DNA of 64,000 nucleotides from Eledone cirrhosa (Eukaryota), in the NCBI GenBank assembly GCA_964016885.1, contig OZ024740.1, forward strand, positions 184,202,001 to 184,266,000, given 5' to 3'. The notes under the pieces were generated by a model. That model saw only the letters and a program-made list of their open reading frames with translations, had not been told where the DNA came from and did not search any database. Shown here in pieces: positions 55,340 through 64,000 of this stretch. The position numbers and the translations under genes were made by a program. The number at the start of each line of letters is the position of its first letter. Positions within the stretch are counted from its first letter, which is position 1.

Positions 55340-57264
55340 GAACTTTTCCCGTGAAACCATTCTTAACCAAGTATGTAGTTGGAAACGGAAGAAAGAACTT
55401 TACAGCTGTCGTGCACAACACAGGATACTGGGTGCTCAAAATGATCATCAAGCCACATTACTTTGTGCTTGAAAAGAATTTTGAGCTAAATCATCATTTT
55501 TTAATTCAGCCAGTTCATCCTGTAGGCATGGATCAACATCAGAAAGATGTGTGAGAAACAGTTGTGAAAGCCATTCGGGGAAAGACATTTGACGGAGGTC
55601 ATGAAATCTAGAGTTAACTCCTTCTCCAAAGCAAATGAGTGCATAAGATGCTCGATACCACTGATGGACCTGGTCCGCAGATATTTAGATGTGGGAAGCT
55701 TTTGTAGCGACCCACAGAAAGGTTCAAATTCAAGAAATTTACCTTCTCGATAACGACCAATATTTTGGTTTTTGCCATGATCATAGTCACCTTGTCCCCC
55801 TGCTATTCCCTGTTCAATAATTTGAGTTTTTGGAAAATGTCAGCCAAAGAAGCGACCAATAATTTTCCGTCAATTCTTTGAAGAATGTTCTTGTGGGAAC
55901 TCTCAGGTAAAAACTTTATAACTTCATCGAATAATTCCAAAAAAGTGGGCAAAACAATTCCCCTTTAACAACCATCTGATGTCAGTATGTAGGGTGAGAT
56001 TGACATGTTGTTTGTCGATGTCCTTGCACTGCAAAAGACGATCAGTCTTGGGATTCGCCTTGATTAAATTTACGCACGACACAACACCATGCACTACTTC
56101 CTGTAATTCTGGTGAAAGACATCTGGAAACCAAGTTTTCCCGATGAATGACGCAGTGTTAAAATCGATGAGTTATCATCTTTAAGTCGCTTAAGGAATCC
56201 ATTGTGTCTCTCCATCATTGCGGGTGCGACGTCTGCTGCACAAGATGTAACGGATGTAATAGGAATTTTGTTTTCTGCTAAGTACGTCATCACTAGGCGG
56301 TATATATCCGAAGATATTGTTGTAGTTCCAAAAGCATGACAAAAAAGCATTTCCTCTCGAAAAGCATCATCGTCTTGGAATCTGGCATATGCCAGAAGTA
56401 CAGACCGGCTTCCATCACTGGTTGATTCATCGAGCTAAAGTGAAAAAGGTCTTTCTCGAATATGTCTGTGAAGCTGATGATTCATAACAGTTTGTAAAAA
56501 GACAGAAATGGCTGGATTAATTAACTCCTCACCTATCGTATGGGGGTTTCCACGGTTGGCAATCAATTTTGAAAGTTCGTAGCTCGCTATTAATGATATA
56601 TCCTGCTTTTCAGCTACTTTAGAAAAGCATTGATAAAGTGTAGACTGGCAGCAAACATTCTTTCGAAGATCTTGTATGTATGAAAGCGGCTTCGAGGACT
56701 TGTCTCCATGCCTCGCATTGAAGTGTTTTAAGAGTCGCCCAGGCCTCATGGAGTCGTTGATGACAGAAAAGACGCATAGGCAATCGAGAATCATGAGGTG
56801 CCTCAATGAAACCGAATTTCAAATAATCGTCGCTATATTGGCGTACTTTTTTCGTATTTGATGCTTTAGGTAATATATTTGTCAGCAATCAAATGTTAAA
56901 TGTCTCCACTGTTATGGACGATCGTTATATGTGTGAAATGCGATGCGTTAATAATGACACAATAGCAGTCGTCTAAGCAGGTCAGTCGATATTCATGCGC
57001 TGCATCCACAGGTTGACGTTACATATTGACATACTCTCATACGTCAGCAAGTTTCTTAGCACTCACATGCGTGCAGGCAAAAATCACGTCTCGAAATCAC
57101 ATTTTTCACGCAGATCAGCACATTTTCTCCCTAAATTAAGAATACACCTTATTGTTTCAAATACTCCTTTAATATCATATGGCCACCGACAATTTCATAC
57201 CCCCTCCACCCCCGCCAAATGTCCATATGACCACCAGCGGGGGGGGGGGCGTTGAGAAACACCG
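55340..57264 (-). mobile_element. hAT DNA transposon relic (Charlie/Buster, ZBED5-like transposase)
   Basis: RQYSDDYLKFGF, SMRPGRLLKHF, HTIGEELI, LDEST, AADVAPAMM, HTDIRWL, LPFPTTYLV. The 5' TIR CGGTGTTTCTCAAC is flanked by CTCTAGAC (Charlie NTCTAGAN target consensus). The other TIR was not found. Confidence 0.9.
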
Positions 57265-58534
57265 CTCTAGACGTTTATTAAACACATCTTTGCATGTCCT
57301 TTTATAGTTTTTTTTTTATATTCAAAAATATACTATTTACTATTCTGTGAAGGTGGGTGATAATGATGATGATGGCGATGATTATGAGAATGGTTATCTT
57401 GTTGATTGATGTGGTGATGATGATGACAAGGATGTTAAGGAGGTTGAGGAGTCAAAGGATGTGCCATTTTGCCTCAGTTTAGCTTTACCCCAGGAAAATA
57501 TGGTACTTTGAAAAATATAATGTTTTCTGATTTAGGAACAAGGCCAAGAATGTTTGTTGACTAAATCGACCCTACTGTGTTACTGCACTTTATTTTATTG
57601 ACCCTGTAAAGATGTAAGGATGACAAATGTGATTATTTTGCAAGCTTTCTCATTAAAGTGTAAATGGCTCATTATGTAAAACATTTCCCATGTTATTTTT
57701 TCTACAATTTAAAAAAATTAATTTGTTTTAAATTCTTAATATCCTGCACCACATAAACCCACATTAGTAAGATGTTCTTGAAAAGTATTTTAAAACAATG
57801 GAACTACTTCGTTTAAAAAATGTTTTTCTTTAATCTGCTAATGTACTAGACAATCTCTCATATACTAGTAAATATACTGTAAACATTTGAATTAACAAAC
57901 CAATATTTAGATATTTTATGCTTAATCATTAGAGAATGTGAAGAGGTAAAGCTTTACATTTCTAATATGTAATTGTAAGTATGTGGCAATAATTTATATG
58001 ATGATATTCTAGCTATCAATCCTATATTTGTGAAGTATTATCTACAATGTTATACATCAAATAACCTTGGTCGTCTTTTATGATTAGATAATTCTCTAGC
58101 AATATAATAAATTATATAGATAGTATATATTAAGAACAAAAAAAAAAGATCTGTGATTACTTATATGAGAACTTCACCAGTCAAGATACTTAATAGTCAA
58201 ATTATTGGCTTAAATTTCTGACTTGGAATCTTTTCAATATTTACTCATATAGTTATCTCTTCAGGGAGTGCTTGGATATTTAAGTATTCAGCTGATTCAT
58301 GCTAAATGCTATCACCTATATACTGTATATATTTTGCGCTAAAACTGCCAGAAATAACAGTCAAATCTCTCTCAAGCCAAATACCACTGATTTAAAGGGA
58401 AACATTATATAATGTAGTCTGGAGTACATTTTGCCTGCAAAAGAATGACACGATATCAGAGCTGGCATGCACTTCAACATAGGCCTGTTCCATTAAAGCA
58501 GACAAAAGGCTAAACAACATCAAGAATGACCATT

Positions 58535-58885
58535 AGCTGGGATTTATTTTATCGATGCCTGTAAGGATAAAAGTCAAAGATAACCATGGCAAGATTTCAA
58601 CTCAGAACGTAAATGGATGTAACTATATTCTGCAATGCATGTTGTCCGCTCTACTAATACTGCAAACCAACCGCCCTTACTAACAATAATAATAATAAAG
58701 ATCTCTACTATAGGCACAAGGCCAATTTTGGGGAAGGTGGAAGTCGATTAAAATGGACCCAAGTGCATTACTGGTGCTTTATTTTATTGACCCTGTAAGT
58801 ATGAAAGTCAAAGCTAACCTTTGGATTTGAACTCAGAACATAAAGTAACATAACTCTATGTTATGAAGCATGGTTCTGACAGTCA
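58535..58885 (-). mobile_element. Two adjacent diverged tRNA-SINE copies
   Basis: Family core at 58540-58680 and 58705-58885. Confidence 0.65.
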
Positions 58886-58909
58886 ACTGATACTAACAAT
58901 TGACATAAA

Positions 58910-58953
<44 letters not shown>

Positions 58954-59760
58954 GACGCACGAGGTGACGGAGGTCATGAAATCGCTCCCGTAAGTTTTGA
59001 ATTTTTAACATATTTAAACCATTTGTGAAATAACAACTCTTAGTACAAATGCTACGTAAAGCACCCGGCTTGAGCCCCAAAAAATTCGGACCCAAAATAT
59101 ATTGTTATAAGGCTCAAATATTCAAATATTCAACTTTGTATTGTACACTGTATATCCAAAAAAGAAAATGGCTATAAATGGAAGAAGAACCCCCCCCCCC
59201 CTCCTCCTCTGTATACACTATATAGAACAGCCAAACTCACCAACACCAGAAACTAGATACACCACCCACCCTATCACCTGTGTACACTAAACCACCACCG
59301 ATCACTACGGCCATCATTACAACCATTATCCCATCACCGCCGCCACCACCCCTTCACTCCTTCACTGCTGCCACCGCTACAGCACCATCGCTACAGTAAT
59401 ACGGTCACATCACCGCCACCACTGTCTCGGTATCGACATCACCACCACCACTGTCTCAGTATCGCTACCGCCGCCAGTCTCCCACTTCTTCTTTTAGCTG
59501 GCTGCTGCCACCACATTATAGAATCCCTACTGCTAAAAAAGAGGAAGGCATCAAAATATATAGATAGACTCAAAAGAAAAAAGAAAAAATAAACAACAAA
59601 AGCAGCACAGCAACAACAGTAAAAAACGAGAAAAACAGAGAAAAACAAAAACAAAAAAAGAAACCCCCAAAACGTAAAGAAAATAAGAATGAAGAGAGAG
59701 GCAGGCGGACGGACAGAGAAGAGGGGGGAAAAAGTAAAACTTAAAAAACAAAAACTAAGT
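58954..59760 (+). mobile_element. Possible 5' UTR and low-complexity ORF1 relic of another L1/Tx1-like element
   Basis: Starts right after (AAT)n, with ACC/CCA-rich then A-rich tracts like Tx1 ORF1. No diagnostic motif was found. Confidence 0.25.
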
Positions 59761-59789
59761 CAGACATTCGAATACTACATTACAATGAA

Positions 59790-62700
59790 ACTTATGCTTA
59801 TTCATTTTTGGGGCCCTTTCTGCCCGTGTGTTTGTTTGTTTATGTGTGTCCGTATACAGCGTGGTGATAATGCCACACAAGGGCCAAGTGGGATGGCGGA
59901 TCCACAGATGGCTATGTAAACATACATTCGCCAATCCTCGATAAGAGTGTTTAAATATCGAACATAAACAGTTCGAATAACGGTGAAATGGAGACTAGAA
60001 CGTCATGTGACAGACTCTCACCCAACAGGTGCCCCCTGGCTCAGCAGCAGGAACCTGACTGTCAACGAAATACTGCTGATGTTGGAGGAAGAAGAAGAAG
60101 GAAAGGGGCCAGAACCAACTGGACGAAAGAATTGAATAGAACTGTTATGCAATGCTACCTGAAAAGTAACCCCAAGGAGAGGGGCTACAGGAGACGGATG
60201 CATAACATCTGGAACGAGATTGGTTTATTTAAATTAGATGAACAAAAATTGGCCGGGCAGGCTCGGGTAATAAGAACTAATGGGTGGATAAGCGAGCTGG
60301 AACTGGAGGAACTGAGCAGAGAGAATGGCTTGGAGATGGCGGGTGTAGTATGCCAGACAAGCGAGCCGGCGGGAAATGAAGGTGAGGAGGTCCTGAGAGC
60401 GGAGGAACCACCCGAAGCAGACAATGATCTGAATACTGAGATAAATAATACCTGGAACAGAGATACGGCCACTGAGGAGATGAATGCTGACGGGCTAGGA
60501 CAAGATTCGGTTGACATCCTAAATTTAGTGGTAGATGAGTTGAACAATGATAGTGGGAGACCTATGAACCTAAGATTTGTAGACAGGAAAAAGTTAAAAG
60601 AAACAACAGCTAAGGTAAACAAAGTCATCCCATACCTTGAGGCGAGGAGTCTTCACCAGTGCAACAATATCCTCAAAGCAACAGCAAATACGGTGAGGAA
60701 ACTACTTGGTATAAAAGCGAGAGGAAACAACAGACAAGAAAGAGCAGAGCCGTGGTGGAAGAAGCGACTGAGTGGGCAAATCGGGGAAATGAGAAATGAC
60801 ATAGGAAAGCTTGAGTCACTACTGAATGGGACACTAAAAAACATAGGCACTAAAAATAGACTGGAAATAAAATACAAAACTAGGAGTAAAAAGCTAAATA
60901 TTATCATAGAGGAATTGAAGCAACGCATTGTAGCAAAGAGTGCCAAAATCAGGCGATACGAGAACAGAGTCAGTCAGTATAAACAGAACCGCATGTTCGA
61001 CAACAACCAGAAGATGCTGTTTGGACAGCTTGAGGGGAAAGAAAGAGGCACCGACTTGATCCCTGGGGCGGAACAAGCTAAAACATTCTGGAGAGGAATA
61101 TGGGAGCAGGATGTTAGACACAATGCCCAGGCAGGGTGGATTGAGACAGTACAGAGGGAGATCGGTGAGCAGGCACAGCAACAGACTGATTTGAGTATCA
61201 CAGTTGAAACTCTTAAGGGGCAAGCCAAAAAACTAACCAACTGGAAATCACCAGGCCCAGATGGTGTGCAGGGGTATTGGATTAAACATTTAACATCCCT
61301 CCACCCGAAGCTGACGGCCATGTTCAATGACTGCTTGGTGTCGGGTGAGGTGCCAGAGTGGTTGACAAAAGGTACCACAGTTCTGATAATGAAAGACCGA
61401 ATCAAGGGTAATGATGTTACCAACTATAGACCTATCACATGTCTGCCCGTAATGTGGAAACTGTTGACGAGCATTGTGTCTGAGGAAATCTACCATCACC
61501 TCCACACAAACAACTTGTTGCCGGACGAACAGAAAGGATGCCGAAAGAAGTCACGTGGTACAAAGGACCAGTTGCTTATTGATAAGATGGTAATGGGGAA
61601 TTGCAGGAGGAGACACACTGATCTTGCCATGGGATGGATAGACTACAGAAAGGCATTTGACATGGTGCCTCATTCCTGGATCACCAAAAGCCTGGAGATC
61701 TTCAGGGTGGCAGATAACATCAGAGAGTTGCTGGGCAGGAGTATGGGGTCCTGGGAGACAGAGTTGACATCAACTGGAGTATCCTTGGGAAGCGTGAAGA
61801 TCAAGAGAGGTATCTTCCAGGGAGATAGCCTGTCCCCTCTGTTGTTTGTCCTTGCCCTGATGCCCTTGACCATTATGCTGCGAAAAGTGAGAGCAGGATA
61901 CAAGTTGGGAAGGGGAGAGCTTACCATCAATCACCTCCTCTTCATGGACGATCTTAAGCTCTTCGGGAAAAGTGAGAAGGAGTTGGATGTGCTTGTTGAC
62001 ACTGTCCGTATTTTCAGCAGTGATATATGTATGCAGTTTGGTATTGGTAAATGTGGAGTCATTGTGATGAGGAGGGGTAGGTTGAGCAGAAGTAACGGGA
62101 TCCAGATACCAACAGGTGAGATGATAAAGGAAATTGACTCTGAGGAAGGATACAAGTATTTGGGCGTTCTGGAGGCTGATGGCATAAAGAACAAAAAAAT
62201 GAAGGAATTGTTAAGAACTGAATACATTCGGAGAGTAAGGAGCGTATTGAAGTCACATCTGAACAGCAGAAATGCCATAAGCGCAGTAAATTCCCGAGCT
62301 GTGTCTATTATTAGGTACAGTGCGGGAATTCTGAGATGGAATGTTGCTGAACAAAAAGAAATGGATAGGAAGACTAGGAAGCTATTGACTATCTACAACA
62401 TGTTCCACAAGAGGAGTGATGTCGATAGACTCTACCTAAGGAGATCTGAGGGTGGAAGAGGTCTTATCAGCATAGAGGACTGTGTTCAGATGGAGAAAAA
62501 CAACCTATACAAATACGTGACCTATAGTAAGGAGCCAATGCTCAGAGCTGTACTGAAGGAGGGGAGAGTAGGCCAGGGGATACCCAAGGAGGAAATAACA
62601 TCAAGGAGGAAGAGCAGCCTTAAGGGAAAATCCCTTCATAGTACCTTCTTTGAGAAAACTGAATTTAGAGATCCACAGACATGGAACTGGTTGAGAAGAG

Positions 62701-63455
62701 GAGACCTCAAAAAGGCTACAGAAGGAATGCTAATGGCTGCGCAGGAGCAGGCCCTCAAAACGAAGTGGTTGAAGCACCATATCTACAAGGAGGAGGCTAG
62801 CCCACTGTGCAGGATCTGTGGAGAGAGAGAGGAGACTGTGGCTCACATTGTGTCCGAGTGTAAACACCTAGCCCAGACCCACTATAAGGGCTGGAGACAC
62901 GATGTGATGGGCAGGGTGATCCACTGGCACCTGTGCAAAGTAAACAATCTACCACATTCTGAGAAATGGTATGAGCATAGGCCAGAGGCGGTGATGGAGA
63001 ACAGTCAGGTGAAGGTGCTGTGGGATTTTAGGATACAGACGGACAAAAAACTGGAACACAATAGACCTGACCTGGTGGTTGTGGACAAAGAAAAAAGATC
63101 GTGCCTGATTGTGGATGTGGCCTGCCCGTTCGACACGAGAGTGCAAGAGAAGGAGAGGGAGAAAATTAACCGATACCAGGACCTAAAGTGGGAGGTGAAA
63201 AGGATTTGGAACTGCCATGAAGTCAAAGTGATCCCGATTGTCATAGGCGCACTGGGGACTATCTCCAAAGGTTTCCAGGGATGGTTAAAGAAAATCGGCC
63301 CCTTCACGCTTTTTGGAACGCTTCAAAAGGCATGCTTGCTTGGAACGGCAAGAACCCTCCGATACGTCCTGAATATCTGAGGCTGCAGGTAGTGGCTTGA
63401 TATTCAATCCAACGGACTTTCCAGTTAACCAACATCAATGACTGAGATTCAAGGA
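59790..63455 (+). mobile_element. Apparently full-length, intact R4/Dong-clade LINE
   Basis: Structured 5' UTR, single long ORF, ~75-nt 3' UTR identical in layout to 13347-13425, followed by (AAC/AAT)n. Confidence 0.93.
59988..63380 (+). CDS. R4/Dong polyprotein: N-terminal Myb-like region, RT, CCHC knuckle, restriction-like endonuclease
   Basis: Uninterrupted 1130 aa: [88 protein letters not shown]. Confidence 0.97.
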   Translation: METRTSCDRLSPNRCPLAQQQEPDCQRNTADVGGRRRRKGARTNWTKELNRTVMQCYLKSNPKERGYRRRMHNIWNEIGLFKLDEQKLAGQARVIRTNGWISELELEELSRENGLEMAGVVCQTSEPAGNEGEEVLRAEEPPEADNDLNTEINNTWNRDTATEEMNADGLGQDSVDILNLVVDELNNDSGRPMNLRFVDRKKLKETTAKVNKVIPYLEARSLHQCNNILKATANTVRKLLGIKARGNNRQERAEPWWKKRLSGQIGEMRNDIGKLESLLNGTLKNIGTKNRLEIKYKTRSKKLNIIIEELKQRIVAKSAKIRRYENRVSQYKQNRMFDNNQKMLFGQLEGKERGTDLIPGAEQAKTFWRGIWEQDVRHNAQAGWIETVQREIGEQAQQQTDLSITVETLKGQAKKLTNWKSPGPDGVQGYWIKHLTSLHPKLTAMFNDCLVSGEVPEWLTKGTTVLIMKDRIKGNDVTNYRPITCLPVMWKLLTSIVSEEIYHHLHTNNLLPDEQKGCRKKSRGTKDQLLIDKMVMGNCRRRHTDLAMGWIDYRKAFDMVPHSWITKSLEIFRVADNIRELLGRSMGSWETELTSTGVSLGSVKIKRGIFQGDSLSPLLFVLALMPLTIMLRKVRAGYKLGRGELTINHLLFMDDLKLFGKSEKELDVLVDTVRIFSSDICMQFGIGKCGVIVMRRGRLSRSNGIQIPTGEMIKEIDSEEGYKYLGVLEADGIKNKKMKELLRTEYIRRVRSVLKSHLNSRNAISAVNSRAVSIIRYSAGILRWNVAEQKEMDRKTRKLLTIYNMFHKRSDVDRLYLRRSEGGRGLISIEDCVQMEKNNLYKYVTYSKEPMLRAVLKEGRVGQGIPKEEITSRRKSSLKGKSLHSTFFEKTEFRDPQTWNWLRRGDLKKATEGMLMAAQEQALKTKWLKHHIYKEEASPLCRICGEREETVAHIVSECKHLAQTHYKGWRHDVMGRVIHWHLCKVNNLPHSEKWYEHRPEAVMENSQVKVLWDFRIQTDKKLEHNRPDLVVVDKEKRSCLIVDVACPFDTRVQEKEREKINRYQDLKWEVKRIWNCHEVKVIPIVIGALGTISKGFQGWLKKIGPFTLFGTLQKACLLGTARTLRYVLNI

Positions 63456-63466
63456 ATAACAATAAC

Positions 63467-63496
<30 letters not shown>

Positions 63497-63497
<1 letters not shown>

Positions 63498-64000
63498 CTT
63501 TCTTTATTAACCACAAGGGTTCACATAAGGTAGACATTAAGGAGAGTACAGGACAATACAGGACGGTACAAATGGGCATTTCTGCGTGTAAAAAAAAAAA
63601 AAACAGAGGATGTAACAAAAAAATAACAATAAAAAATTCCCCAATAGGGAGGAGACTTCCGAGAGACATTTGTGGAGAAAGCCCATTAAAAGGCCACAGT
63701 GATCCTGACCACCAGGGCAAGTGCCCTCTCCCAGTTTTCCACCTTTAATTTACAGACACATACTCAGATAGGCCCATTCATTCGGGCCATACTTGCTCCT
63801 CTCACCCATCTTTCAACAAAATGCTGGGAAGAGAGCACTTTCCTCTCTACCCTGATTTTCTTTTTCAAATGAAATTTGAAAAAGTTAATCAGGGCATCAC
63901 CGAAGAGGTAAGTGCTCGTCTTCAGCCTTTTCAAACGTGTCCACATTACTATCTCTTTCGCCATGACCACCAGACAAATAAAAATTACCTGCCCTTCTCG
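63497..64000 (-). mobile_element. Tx1-type LINE 3' end (ORF2 C-terminus + UTR), continues beyond the window
   Basis: MAKEIVMWTRLKRLKTSTY is homologous to 26970-27030. AATAAA is followed by an (ATT)n tail. Confidence 0.85.

Noticed and set aside
60018-63307. Several antisense ORFs of 60-150 aa over the Dong ORF (also over other LINEs)
   Set aside because: They are shadow frames of the coding strand with no independent motifs.

Overview
AT-rich eukaryotic non-coding DNA, probably cephalopod or octopus (inferred from the tRNA-derived SINE family and the LINE repertoire). No host gene could be supported. The window is a mosaic of (TA)n, (CA)n and (AAT)n microsatellites with nested mobile elements. 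These are one intact R4/Dong RLE LINE (1130-aa ORF) with several decayed relatives, L1/Tx1-type, CR1, RTE and RTE-X LINEs, three Penelope-like element (PLE) relics, a hAT (Charlie/Buster-type) transposon and many SINEs. Three things stand out beyond the ORF track. First, about a dozen type I hammerhead ribozyme motifs from several unrelated families sit in tandem (429 bp and 703 bp spacing) or inverted, microsatellite-embedded non-coding units resembling retrozymes or solo PLE pseudo-LTRs. Second, a 4.6-kb array holds about 42 mini-MITEs separated by variable (TA)n. Third, R4/Dong and Tx1 elements stack in opposite orientations into the same (AAT)n tracts. All RNA structures were folded by eye and boundaries of decayed elements are approximate.
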